DNA of 64,000 nucleotides from Candidatus Ruminococcus ruminiciens (lineage in GTDB: Bacteria; Bacillota; Clostridia; Oscillospirales; Ruminococcaceae): the NCBI GenBank assembly GCA_037465765.1, contig DAPZRL010000004.1, forward strand, positions 569 to 64,568. Direction: 5' to 3'. Positions 1 to 9,527 of this stretch are shown piece after piece (within the stretch, counting starts at the first letter, position 1; each line of letters begins with the position of its first letter). A program made the position numbers and the translations under genes. The notes below the pieces were generated by a model. That model ran no database searches and was not told the origin of the DNA. It saw only the letters and a list, made by a program, of their open reading frames with translations.

Positions 1-1
1 G

Positions 2-1327
2 CTGGAATGGTTCGTCCAGCATGGAATTCAAATGTGGAGTACCCACGAAGGTCAGCAGAAAATCGAGACACATGGCGATAAGTTGATGAACTACATCCGC
101 TTTTGGCAGGCAGCAGGGGAGTCGGAGAAAACATCCATCCGAACCCGCGATAGAATCCGGCAAATCGTGTCCAGTGGTCACTACACAGGTGGTTTCGTAT
201 GCTATGGTTACAAGTTAGAAGACCAAGGTAGACGAAACAAGCGTGATAAGCCTGTTATGGATCTGGTCATCAATGAGGAAGAAGCTACATGGGTTCGGGA
301 GCTCTTTTATAAGGTTATCCAAGAAGGCGCCAGCGGATATGCTCTGGCTGAAATGTTAAATAACCGAGGATTGCGTACCCGTGCCGGAGCAAAGTTCCAG
401 TCGAGCAATATAATCCGAATTATTCGCCACGAGGGGTATACAGGCTACATAATTACGAAAAATGCTCGTTCTGAGTATATTCCAGAATTGCGGATCATCG
501 ACAGGGAAACATTCGATAAGGCAAATGACATAATAAACCGCAGAAAAGCCAAATCGGAGCAAGAACGAAAAATCGCCCACACCAGTCAGAATCCAACGCT
601 GCTGGCGGGCATCGTGTACTGTGCTCACTGTGGTGCGAAGATGTCGGGATTTATGCATACGGATCGCTACAAACTGGCGGATGGCAGTATCCGCGAAAAA
701 GTCCAGCCCAAATATAACTGCTTTCAGCGCGGTCAGCGAAACAAAGGCGGCAGAGACTGCGATGGACAGGCATTATATCTTGCGGAGAGGGTAGATGCTA
801 TCGTTCTGCAAGCGGTATCAAAGATATTTGAGCAGATTAGAGATACACCGTACTCAAGGATGGCAGAAAACCGAATAAGGCAGGAATCAAATCTACAAAA
901 ATCTAAACGCGCTTCGGTAGAAAAGAAAATTAAAACTGCACAGCATGCTTTGGAACGCTTTGAAGGTGAGATTCTGAAATGCCTTGATGGAACAAGCAAT
1001 TTTACCGAGGATATGATTGCCAAGCAAATCCGGCGATACCAACAAGAACTGGATGATGCGAAAGCAGAGTATGCTGCACTTCAAAATGCGAGGCTGAACG
1101 AAGCTGCAGAGATTCGAAAACTGCGTACCTACTATGATGAATTTAGAGGCTGGGCAGAAGAATTCGATGCGGCACCATTAGAAATCAAACGCATGATACT
1201 GAGCCAACTGATAGAAAGAGTGGAGGTCGGAAGAAAGTATCAGGTTACGATAAAGCTAAATATGGAATATCAGCAATTCTTGGAAATCACAGAAGAACAG
1301 AAACTTATACCGCTGATTAGTGCGTAA
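2..1327 (+). CDS. Large serine recombinase (integrase), 5'-partial
   Basis: The frame is open from the window edge (LEWFVQHGIQMWS...). It shows the end of the catalytic domain (ESEKTSIR), a recombinase domain (GG..YGY), a zinc ribbon (LLAGIVYCAHCG...YNC), a coiled coil, and a C-terminal KRMILSQLIERVEV typical of the family. Confidence 0.92.
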   Translation: MEWFVQHGIQMWSTHEGQQKIETHGDKLMNYIRFWQAAGESEKTSIRTRDRIRQIVSSGHYTGGFVCYGYKLEDQGRRNKRDKPVMDLVINEEEATWVRELFYKVIQEGASGYALAEMLNNRGLRTRAGAKFQSSNIIRIIRHEGYTGYIITKNARSEYIPELRIIDRETFDKANDIINRRKAKSEQERKIAHTSQNPTLLAGIVYCAHCGAKMSGFMHTDRYKLADGSIREKVQPKYNCFQRGQRNKGGRDCDGQALYLAERVDAIVLQAVSKIFEQIRDTPYSRMAENRIRQESNLQKSKRASVEKKIKTAQHALERFEGEILKCLDGTSNFTEDMIAKQIRRYQQELDDAKAEYAALQNARLNEAAEIRKLRTYYDEFRGWAEEFDAAPLEIKRMILSQLIERVEVGRKYQVTIKLNMEYQQFLEITEEQKLIPLISA

Positions 1328-1336
1328 AAGAAAATA

Positions 1337-1366
1337 GACCAGCGCCACACAAAAACGGTGCTGGTC
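1337..1366 (-). terminator. Hairpin after the recombinase; T-tract only on the minus strand
   Basis: GACCAGCGCC-N10-GGTGCTGGTC, preceded by an A-rich run on the plus strand. Confidence 0.5.
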
Positions 1367-1459
1367 AATGACTTTGCATAGGATATATTTAGTGATTTTG
1401 ATCGTTAGAAAAGTGCTTTTTATTACAACAGCATACACCATGAGTGTGAGCAACTAAGG

Positions 1460-1515
1460 AGAGCAACTGACTCTTAATCAGTGGGTCCTGGGTTCGAGTC
1501 CCCGATGGTGCACCA
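1460..1515 (+). pseudogene. 5'-truncated tRNA-Lys(CTT)
   Basis: AGAGC-A-ACTGA-CTCTTAA-TCAGT-GGGTC-CTGGG-TTCGAGT-CCCCG-ATGGTGC-ACCA. Anticodon arm, T arm and CCA are present; the canonical TAGCTCAG..GGT D-arm 5' side is absent. Confidence 0.85.
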
Positions 1516-1519
1516 GTAT

Positions 1520-1594
1520 GGCCCGTTGGTCAAGCGGTTAAGACACCGGCCTCTCACGCCGGTAACACCAGTTCGATTCTGGTACGGGTCACCA
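1520..1594 (+). tRNA. tRNA-Glu(CTC)
   Basis: Cloverleaf with anticodon arm CCGGC-CTCTCAC-GCCGG, a GTTCGATTC T loop and a CCA end. Confidence 0.95.
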
Positions 1595-1602
1595 TTATAT
1601 TA

Positions 1603-1718
<116 letters not shown>

Positions 1719-1725
1719 ATTATAT

Positions 1726-1801
1726 TCCTCCTTAGCTCAGTCGGTAGAGCACTCGGCTGTTAACCGAGTTGTCGCCCGTTCGAGCCGGGCAGGGGGAGCC
1801 A
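1726..1801 (+). tRNA. tRNA-Asn(GTT)
   Basis: TCCTCCT-TAGCTCAGTCGGTAGAGC..., anticodon arm CTCGG-CTGTTAA-CCGAG, CCA end. Confidence 0.95.
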
Positions 1802-1802
1802 T

Positions 1803-1847
1803 AATAAATAAGTCCGAGCATTTAAAGATGTTTGGACTTATTTATTT
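1803..1847 (+). terminator. Intrinsic terminator of the tRNA/5S cluster (a second hairpin at about 1865-1908)
   Basis: AATAAATAAGTCCGAGCAT...ATGTTTGGACTTATTTATT inverted repeat. Confidence 0.7.
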
Positions 1848-1978
1848 AGAGAAGATAAGGTGATAAAGAGTTTACAGAAGTAATAATTCTGTAGACTCTT
1901 TTTGTTTTGAAGCTTTCCGAAATTAAGTATAATATTTATAAAGCAAATCTTGTACTGTAATTGTTTGAGATGCAGCTC

Positions 1979-2007
1979 TTGAAATGCAACAAGGTTTATG
2001 GTATAAT
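1979..2007 (+). promoter_or_regulatory. Sigma-A promoter for the miaB operon
   Basis: TTGAAA-17 nt-TATAAT with an extended TG. Confidence 0.65.
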
Positions 2008-2112
2008 TAAAAAAGAATTAATATGGATGTGGCAGGTAATTTGTCCAGATAAGAAATTCTACGCGTTTTTTACAAATTTTACTTTCACGCTGGAATAATA
2101 AAATTAAGGAGG

Positions 2113-3489
2113 GTGATTTATTTGAACAATAATACAGCGGTTATAAATGAAATAATCGAGATTCTTGGAGATGATCCGAGAAAAGCTTGTGTCAGGAGTT
2201 TCGGTTGTCAGCTCAACGTTTCCGACGGTGAGAAGATCAAAGGACTTCTTGGGAAAATTGGTTACGATTTTACTGATGATGAAAGCGACGCTGATCTTAT
2301 TATTCTTAACACCTGCGCCGTCAGAGAATCGGCGGAGGACAGGGTTTTTGGAATAATAGGCAGTATGAAAAAGCTTAAAGAAATAAAGCCGTCGCTTATT
2401 ATAGGAATCGCGGGGTGCATGACCGCACAGAGCCGCATTGCTGAAAAGATAAAAAAATCCTATCCGCACGTAAGCTTTGTTATGGGAACCTCTGCTATAA
2501 ATTCGCTGCCGCGATTACTTCTTGATTGCATAAACGGCAGAAAATTTGCAGCGGATATTTCCGAATACTCTGATTTTTCCGAAAGCGTTCCTCAGATAAG
2601 GGAAAGCGGCTTTAAGGCTTCTGTTCCCATAATGTTCGGCTGCAATAATTTCTGTACATATTGTATAGTGCCGTATGTACGCGGACGTGAGCGCAGCCGT
2701 CAGCCGGAGGATATAATCGGTGAAGTTCGGGAACTTGTCCGCAGCGGCTATAAGGAAATAATGCTGCTCGGTCAAAATGTCAATTCATACGGCAGCGATC
2801 TTGATGGAAAAATTAGTTTTCCCCAGCTTCTTAGGGAATTGAATGACATAGAGGGCGATTTCATTATCCGCTTTATGTCTTCACATCCGAAGGATGCGTC
2901 AAAAGAGCTTATAGACGCGATATTTGAATGCGAAAAAGTCGCGAATCACCTGCATCTTCCTCTCCAAAGCGGCAGCAGTTCTGTTCTTGAACGTATGAAT
3001 CGTCGTTATACTGCCGAAAAATACCTTGAAATCGTTGATTATATACGGCAGCGCGATCCGGAGTTTTCCCTCACTACCGATATTATTGTAGGCTTCCCGA
3101 ACGAGACTGATGAGGAATTCCGCGAGACGCTGGATATGATTCGACGTGTAAAATTCGACAATATTTACTCGTTTATTTACTCGAAGCGGTCGGGAACTAA
3201 GGCGGCTGAAATAGAGGATGTTATCGGCGAGGAGGAAAAAAGCTGCCGCATGAGAAAGCTTTTAGAAGTACAGAGAGAGATTTCCTCGGAGCATTACAAG
3301 CGATTTATCGGGCAGAAAATGCGTGTTCTTATTGACGGAGTTTCAAAGAAGCGAATTGGATTCCTTTCTGGCAAAAGCAGCGAATTCATAATCGTTGAAT
3401 TTGAGGGCGATGCTTCGCTTATCGGGCAGTTTGTGGATGTTGAAATTACAGAAGCTATGAACTGGGCTGTTATGGGTAGAATGATATGA
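2113..3489 (+). CDS. miaB: tRNA methylthiotransferase MiaB
   Basis: GCQLN, NTCAVRE and GCM motifs, radical SAM CNNFCTYC, C-terminal TRAM domain; located near miaA/mutSL. Confidence 0.93.
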   Translation: MIYLNNNTAVINEIIEILGDDPRKACVRSFGCQLNVSDGEKIKGLLGKIGYDFTDDESDADLIILNTCAVRESAEDRVFGIIGSMKKLKEIKPSLIIGIAGCMTAQSRIAEKIKKSYPHVSFVMGTSAINSLPRLLLDCINGRKFAADISEYSDFSESVPQIRESGFKASVPIMFGCNNFCTYCIVPYVRGRERSRQPEDIIGEVRELVRSGYKEIMLLGQNVNSYGSDLDGKISFPQLLRELNDIEGDFIIRFMSSHPKDASKELIDAIFECEKVANHLHLPLQSGSSSVLERMNRRYTAEKYLEIVDYIRQRDPEFSLTTDIIVGFPNETDEEFRETLDMIRRVKFDNIYSFIYSKRSGTKAAEIEDVIGEEEKSCRMRKLLEVQREISSEHYKRFIGQKMRVLIDGVSKKRIGFLSGKSSEFIIVEFEGDASLIGQFVDVEITEAMNWAVMGRMI

Positions 3490-5684
3490 AAAAAATTTTA
3501 ATTATGTTATGCTCTGTATTTCTGTTCGCGAGTTGTACTTCAAAAAATTCTGAAAATTCTGTAATTCAAGTTACTACAGAGGAAATGACGGAAACTGTAA
3601 CGAAGAATCAGACCGAATCGGAGACAGTATCGTATGTAACTGAAATTTCGGATAATATAAAGCTTTATGACCTTACACAAGCTGAAAATAAGGAATATCT
3701 GCAATATCCGGATCAGTTTTCTTACGGCAAAGAGTATGAAATGGCAGATCACGGCAAAATTATCGAAGAAAAGGGAAATATTTATCTTGAAAATGTGTCG
3801 GGAGAGCGTACTGCATTGATTAAACTTCCTGTTGAAAGTGAAACAGTCTATGTGGTCGTCAGTTGTATAATTGACAGCAGTCGATTTGCGTATAATATAA
3901 TTCAGGAGGATTTAAGCCTTGGCTGTGGAATTTATAATCTTGCGAACGGCGATGATTACCGCATTGAAGGTGAAGATAGATGTTACTATTTTCCAGAAAA
4001 AGTTTTAGGCGATCATCTGATATTGACAAGAGGTTTTATTGGTGATTTTTACGGCTATTCAAAGCTGGATCTTAAAACATTTGAACTTACTGATATTGAT
4101 TTTGACGTTATTGAAAATAAACATTATCGTCCTTGTACGGCTTTTTCTTCAGATATGAAAATTGCTGCAAATATATCAGCAGATTATAGTGACAGTAAAA
4201 ACTATGAGTATACTGTAACTTTGTTTTCACTTGAAAATGAAAAAGTAATTGATGAATATAAAATTACAAGCAAAGATATGTATATAAATTTTTATTTAAA
4301 ATTTGTTTCCGATAATCAGCTTTATGTATATGCTTATAAAAAAGATGATGTCGGCAGTAATTATATGTATGCTATAGATATTCTGCCGATACTTGAATTA
4401 AATGAATGGCAGAAAGCATATAAACATGCGCTGTTTGATTTTAAGGATTCAGACAAATATTTTTCGGGCAGCAAGATTCTGCTTAAATCGGGATTTTCGC
4501 TTTATGATCTGAATACAGACGGCATTCCCGAATTGATAATATCGGAAAATTCAAGTCACGCCGCAGGCTGTTATATATACACATACGGCAACGGAATTAT
4601 TTATCTCGGAAAATACGGCGCATTCGGCGATTTGGGATTCTATGAGGATAACGGCACAATTCATTCCTATAATATAGCGCAGGGATTTGAATACGATTCG
4701 TTCTATAAATTGGAAAATAATGAAATGAATCCGATTGCAAAATTTTTTAATGATGCAGGAGCAATGGAGCAGGCGACTTTCAAGTTCAACGACAATGAAA
4801 TCCCCAGAAATGAGTACAGCACAAAACTTGCGGAATACAAGGGCAATGAATATATCCCGATAGGCAGAGATTATGATTTTGATGAAATCGACGCGGCACT
4901 TACGGAATATTCACGTAAAATAAGCATTAGCCGGGCATCTGAAATGCTCTGGAACAGCCTTGAAAAGTACGGCGGCAGACGTATCGTATATCAGGACAGG
5001 CAAAAGTTTGATGATAAGCCCTACTATATTTTCCGCAGTTTTGAGGATTATGACGACCGACGTGTGACTACAGGCTGGTATGCGGTCGATATAATTACGG
5101 GCGAATGTTATGATACGCACGGACTTACTGAGCTTACACCGCTTATCAATGAGGAGAAAAAATTTTCATGCAAAGTGACAGAATCAGGCGGAGTTGAAGT
5201 TTATTCAGACGGAAAATTCTATCAGTCTCTTGATGTTAAAATTGATGATGTCATTCTTCACCGTCAGTCTAAAAATCTGATGTTTATGGACTACAATTTT
5301 GACGGCTACAACGATATAGCAGTAGACACGGGATTTGCCACAAACAGAGTTTGCAGTTATTTCCGCTACAATCCAGATACGGAATACTTTGAAAAATGGG
5401 AAGAGCTTGATAATCTGCATTTCTATATTCATGTAAACGAGGACAAAACCCTTTATGTACATTCAAAATCAGGTGCGGTCGATACAGATGATACAGTGTA
5501 TAAATGGCTGGGAGATGTTCTTACACCTGTTTCAAGGGAAAAAAGATACAGCAAGGGCAAAGATATAATCAAAGATTATTTTGAATATGACAGCAAGGGT
5601 AATGAAATACTTGCAAAAAGAGAAAAGTATATATTTGATGAAAATGGTAAAATAACAGATACTGTTAATGTGCCATTGCAATAA
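3486..5684 (+). CDS. Large modular lipoprotein of unknown function
   Basis: Lipobox (LFASC), T/E-rich linker, DLNTDGIPEL and DYNFDGYND motifs; AT-rich DNA. Confidence 0.7.
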   Translation: MKKILIMLCSVFLFASCTSKNSENSVIQVTTEEMTETVTKNQTESETVSYVTEISDNIKLYDLTQAENKEYLQYPDQFSYGKEYEMADHGKIIEEKGNIYLENVSGERTALIKLPVESETVYVVVSCIIDSSRFAYNIIQEDLSLGCGIYNLANGDDYRIEGEDRCYYFPEKVLGDHLILTRGFIGDFYGYSKLDLKTFELTDIDFDVIENKHYRPCTAFSSDMKIAANISADYSDSKNYEYTVTLFSLENEKVIDEYKITSKDMYINFYLKFVSDNQLYVYAYKKDDVGSNYMYAIDILPILELNEWQKAYKHALFDFKDSDKYFSGSKILLKSGFSLYDLNTDGIPELIISENSSHAAGCYIYTYGNGIIYLGKYGAFGDLGFYEDNGTIHSYNIAQGFEYDSFYKLENNEMNPIAKFFNDAGAMEQATFKFNDNEIPRNEYSTKLAEYKGNEYIPIGRDYDFDEIDAALTEYSRKISISRASEMLWNSLEKYGGRRIVYQDRQKFDDKPYYIFRSFEDYDDRRVTTGWYAVDIITGECYDTHGLTELTPLINEEKKFSCKVTESGGVEVYSDGKFYQSLDVKIDDVILHRQSKNLMFMDYNFDGYNDIAVDTGFATNRVCSYFRYNPDTEYFEKWEELDNLHFYIHVNEDKTLYVHSKSGAVDTDDTVYKWLGDVLTPVSREKRYSKGKDIIKDYFEYDSKGNEILAKREKYIFDENGKITDTVNVPLQ

Positions 5685-5708
5685 AAAATTAAAGGGAGAA
5701 ATTTAAAA

Positions 5709-6113
5709 ATGGATATAATTCAGATGACAAGAGAGCTTGGAAAAGCTATTCAGCAGGACGACCGCTATATTGCATATATGTTGGCAAAGCAGGCAAACGA
5801 CAACGATAAAGAGCTTCAGAGCGATATTGATAAATTTAATAGGCTTCGGTCAGAGCTTAACGAGATAATGGGAACGAAAAATCCGGACGGAGACAAGCTT
5901 GTGGAGCTTGACAATGAGATAAAGACGGTTTACAAAAAGGTAATGGGAAGTAAGAATATGATAGTTTTTACCGCTGCACAAAAGTCTCTGGAAGATCTTG
6001 TAAACAATGTGAACCAGATAATCACCATGTGCGCAAACGGTGAAGATCCCGATACTTGTCAGCCTGCGTCAGGCTGTACCGGAAGCTGCGCGACCTGCGG
6101 CGGCTGTCACTGA
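5709..6113 (+). CDS. YlbF/YmcA (Ric) family regulator
   Basis: ELGKAIQ N-terminus and Cys-rich C-terminus (GCTGSCATCGGCH); miaB-mutS context. Confidence 0.85.
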   Translation: MDIIQMTRELGKAIQQDDRYIAYMLAKQANDNDKELQSDIDKFNRLRSELNEIMGTKNPDGDKLVELDNEIKTVYKKVMGSKNMIVFTAAQKSLEDLVNNVNQIITMCANGEDPDTCQPASGCTGSCATCGGCH

Positions 6114-6133
6114 TTTAATGAGGAGTTGTGCGA

Positions 6134-8752
6134 ATGGTAATTGACAGAAGCAAAATTTCTCCCATGATGCGGCAGTATTTAGAGGTCAAGGACAAATACG
6201 ACGGATGCATTTTGTTTTTCCGATTGGGAGATTTTTACGAAATGTTCTTTGACGACGCGATCACCGTCTCAAAGGCTCTGGAGCTTACTCTTACGGGCAG
6301 GGACTGCGGTCTTGAAGAACGCGCGCCTATGTGCGGAGTTCCCTATCATGCTGCGGATATGTACATAAAGCGGCTGATAGATCTTGGCTTCAAGGTTGCT
6401 GTCTGCGAGCAGCTTACAGATCCTGCCGAAACAAAGGGAATCGTTGTCCGCGACGTTATCCGCGTTGTGACCCCAGGAACGCTTACCGACAGCAGTATGC
6501 TTGAGGACGGCGAAAATAACTATATATGCAGCGTTTTTTACGACGAATCCGAAAAGATCTGCGCGGTTGCTTCCGCGGATATTTCAACGGGTGACGCCTC
6601 GATATGTATGTTTGACGGAAAAGACCTTGAAGCGGGCGTTATCAACGAGCTTTCGCGCTGTAATCCTGCGGAGATCATTTTTCCCGAAAGCTTCCTGTCA
6701 TTGAAAAATGTTGCGGATTTCTTAAAGGTAAGATTAAATTGTGCGGTAACCCTGCGTGACGGAGATTGCTTTGATCCGACGAAAAAAAGAGAAATGACCG
6801 CATCGGTTTTCGGAGTTAAAACAGTCGCAGAGCTTGGGATAAGCTCCGACGGAGCAGACTGCGCCGCTGTCTGCGGACTTTTCGACTACATAAACGATAC
6901 ACAGAAAACTTCCGTTTCAAGATTTACTTCGATCGAGATACTTAACGGCGACGCGTTTATGGGGCTTGATCTTAATGCAAGACGAAATCTCGAGCTTACG
7001 GAGACTCTCCGCAGCAAAGAACGCAAAGGGTCGCTGCTCTGGGTCCTTGATTCGGCAAAAACCTCTATGGGACGGCGAATGCTGAAAAACTGGATAGAAC
7101 AGCCGCTGAAAAGCCCTGCAAGGATCATCGAAAGGCTTGACGCTGTGGAAATTCTCTGTCGGAACAGCGTTATCCTTGCCGACCTGCGCGATCTTCTCGA
7201 CCGTGTTTACGACCTTGAACGTCTTATGACAAAGGTCATGTACAAGACCGCAAATCCGCGCGATCTCAAAGCTCTTTCGGCTACCGCTCTCATGCTTCCT
7301 ATGATAAAGCAGGAACTTGATAAATTGGGTGCTTCAAAGCTTCTTGCAAAATACAACAGCGAAATTTCGACTCTTGAAGAGCTTGTGCGGCTTGTGGAAA
7401 ATGCGGTAACGGACGAACCGCCCATATCGGTCAAGGACGGAGGAGTTATCAAGGACGGCTTTAACGAGGAGCTTGACAAGCTGCGCCATATAATGAATCA
7501 CGGTCAGGAAATGATCGACGAGATCGCTCGCCGCGAACGCGAATCTACGGGAATAAAAAATCTGAAAATCGGTTATAACCGAGTATTCGGCTACTATATT
7601 GAGGTAACTCGCTCCTATTATGATCTTATTCCTGACGGCTACATTCGCAAGCAGACGCTTGCAAACGCTGAGCGTTTCATTACCGAGGAGCTGAAAAATG
7701 CCGAAAATACGATATTAGGCGCAAAGGACAAGGCTCTTACCCTCGAGGCTGATATTTTTGCGGAGGTCAGGGATTTCCTTGCGACAAAGCTTGAGGCCGT
7801 TCAGAAAACGGCTGCGGCTGTTGCGGCGGCAGACGTGCTCTGCTCATTTGCGGAGGTTTCTCTGCGGAATCTCTATGTTAAGCCTGATATTTCTATTGAC
7901 GGTTCGATCGACATTAAATCCGGACGGCATCCCGTTGTGGAGCTTATGCTGAACGATGAGATATTTATTCCGAACGACCTCTGCATCGACAACAGATCAA
8001 GCCGTATGTCGATAATCACAGGTCCGAATATGTCGGGTAAGTCCACATATATGCGTCAAACTGCCCTTATCGTTATCATGGCTCAGATAGGCTGCTTTGT
8101 TCCTGCCGATTCGGCGAAAATTTCGGTCGTGGATAAAATATTCACGCGTGTGGGAGCTTCCGACGACCTTACTTCGGGACAGAGTACTTTTATGGTGGAA
8201 ATGAGCGAAGTCTCGGATATACTTAAAAATGCTACGCCCGACAGTCTCGTTATTCTTGACGAGGTAGGCAGGGGAACTTCCACGTTTGACGGCGTAAGTA
8301 TTGCCAGAGCAGTTGCAGAGCATATCTGTACATCGAAAAAGCTGGGGTGCAAGACGCTTTTCGCTACGCATTATCACGAGCTTATCGGGCTTGAAAACGA
8401 GCTTGAGGGCGTTAAAAACTACAGCATTGCCGTAAATAAGCATGGCGGCAGCATACGTTTTCTGAGAAAGATCGTCCGCGGAGGAGTTGACGAAAGCTAT
8501 GGTATTGACGTTGCGAAGCTTGCCGGACTTCCCTCTAAGGTGATAAATCGCGCAAGGGAGCTGCTTGAAGAAATGGAGAAAAACCATGCGGCGGAGCAGG
8601 CTGCCGTAAAGCGTGCAGAAAGCGGTCAGATAAGCTTCGGAAGCATAGGGCGGGAAGCGGCTCTTAATATGCTTGAACGGACGAATATCGACGAGCTGAG
8701 CGATTCGGAATGCCGTGAGCTGCTGAAAGATATGGCAGCTATGCTTAATTAA
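6134..8752 (+). CDS. mutS: DNA mismatch repair protein MutS
   Basis: SPMMRQY, FRLGDFYEMF, TGPNMSGKST, DEVGRGTS. Confidence 0.98.
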   Translation: MVIDRSKISPMMRQYLEVKDKYDGCILFFRLGDFYEMFFDDAITVSKALELTLTGRDCGLEERAPMCGVPYHAADMYIKRLIDLGFKVAVCEQLTDPAETKGIVVRDVIRVVTPGTLTDSSMLEDGENNYICSVFYDESEKICAVASADISTGDASICMFDGKDLEAGVINELSRCNPAEIIFPESFLSLKNVADFLKVRLNCAVTLRDGDCFDPTKKREMTASVFGVKTVAELGISSDGADCAAVCGLFDYINDTQKTSVSRFTSIEILNGDAFMGLDLNARRNLELTETLRSKERKGSLLWVLDSAKTSMGRRMLKNWIEQPLKSPARIIERLDAVEILCRNSVILADLRDLLDRVYDLERLMTKVMYKTANPRDLKALSATALMLPMIKQELDKLGASKLLAKYNSEISTLEELVRLVENAVTDEPPISVKDGGVIKDGFNEELDKLRHIMNHGQEMIDEIARRERESTGIKNLKIGYNRVFGYYIEVTRSYYDLIPDGYIRKQTLANAERFITEELKNAENTILGAKDKALTLEADIFAEVRDFLATKLEAVQKTAAAVAAADVLCSFAEVSLRNLYVKPDISIDGSIDIKSGRHPVVELMLNDEIFIPNDLCIDNRSSRMSIITGPNMSGKSTYMRQTALIVIMAQIGCFVPADSAKISVVDKIFTRVGASDDLTSGQSTFMVEMSEVSDILKNATPDSLVILDEVGRGTSTFDGVSIARAVAEHICTSKKLGCKTLFATHYHELIGLENELEGVKNYSIAVNKHGGSIRFLRKIVRGGVDESYGIDVAKLAGLPSKVINRARELLEEMEKNHAAEQAAVKRAESGQISFGSIGREAALNMLERTNIDELSDSECRELLKDMAAMLN

Positions 8753-8763
8753 GGAGTGCGTTT

Positions 8764-9189
8764 ATGTTTAAGGTTTCAAAGGAAAATATGCTGGAGGCTC
8801 TTGACGAATTTGGCGAGAGCTATAATTGTCCTGTTTATATCTCTATTGTGAATATGAGCGGTTTTTTTAGCAGCCGAACCAATATACACTATGGCTATGC
8901 CGCTATAACCGACAGCGGATGCATAATAATCGCCGAATACAGCCTTCTTGCGGAACAGGCTCGCTATACGATCCCCATTGATGATATCAGAGCGCTTAAA
9001 GTCAAAAGGTTGATGTTGGGTTTAGGCCATAATATCAATCTGGAAACTATTTGCGAGGGAAAAAAACTGAAGCTTGAAATAGGCGTTTCTCAAAAGGTAA
9101 AGTCGGGCGGAATTGACGAACAGAAACAAAATTCAGAGCTTTTTATGAAGGCGCTCAGTCATTGTGCCGTATTTCAGGGGAAAATTTAA
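8764..9189 (+). CDS. Hypothetical protein (possibly PH-like beta fold)
   Basis: Intact ORF with an AAGGAG RBS; the fold guess rests only on the beta-strand pattern. Confidence 0.6.
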   Translation: MFKVSKENMLEALDEFGESYNCPVYISIVNMSGFFSSRTNIHYGYAAITDSGCIIIAEYSLLAEQARYTIPIDDIRALKVKRLMLGLGHNINLETICEGKKLKLEIGVSQKVKSGGIDEQKQNSELFMKALSHCAVFQGKI

Positions 9190-9190
9190 T

Positions 9191-9511
9191 ATGAAATATT
9201 TTTGTACTAAGGATGAGCTGCACGGAACGGACTGCCACGAATTTTTTTCGGGCGAATGGGACGGAAGATTCTGGAACGAGGATTCGCTGTATATTTATGA
9301 CGATATACTGCGTGAAAGCGGTCTTATGGCTTTGCTGAAGCGAATTATCCCCGATTATTCTCAGTATGATTCTACAGAAATTTATCCGTCCGACTGGGAA
9401 AAGCTTTGTAAAGCCGCCGATGCAGCGGCAGCGGAAGTTATTGAAGAAGCCGGGGATTGGACGCGCAGCGCGTTCGGCGCTCACGGCAGCTTTACGATTC
9501 TCGGTATATGA
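9191..9511 (+). CDS. Small acidic hypothetical protein
   Basis: ATG 1 nt after the upstream stop; 106 aa, W/D-rich, ending FTILGI. Confidence 0.6.
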   Translation: MKYFCTKDELHGTDCHEFFSGEWDGRFWNEDSLYIYDDILRESGLMALLKRIIPDYSQYDSTEIYPSDWEKLCKAADAAAAEVIEEAGDWTRSAFGAHGSFTILGI

Positions 9512-9527
9512 CCGAAGGGAGAAAACA

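Larger units (their letters stand above)
1..1460. mobile_element. Right end of an integrative element; junction (attR-like) near 1455-1465
   Basis: The recombinase gene points at a tRNA-Lys whose recognisable sequence starts abruptly at about 1460. Confidence 0.7.

Noticed and set aside
9366..9527. N-terminal extension of mutL
   Set aside because: Overlaps the upstream gene; conserved MutL starts at ATG 9528 after an RBS.
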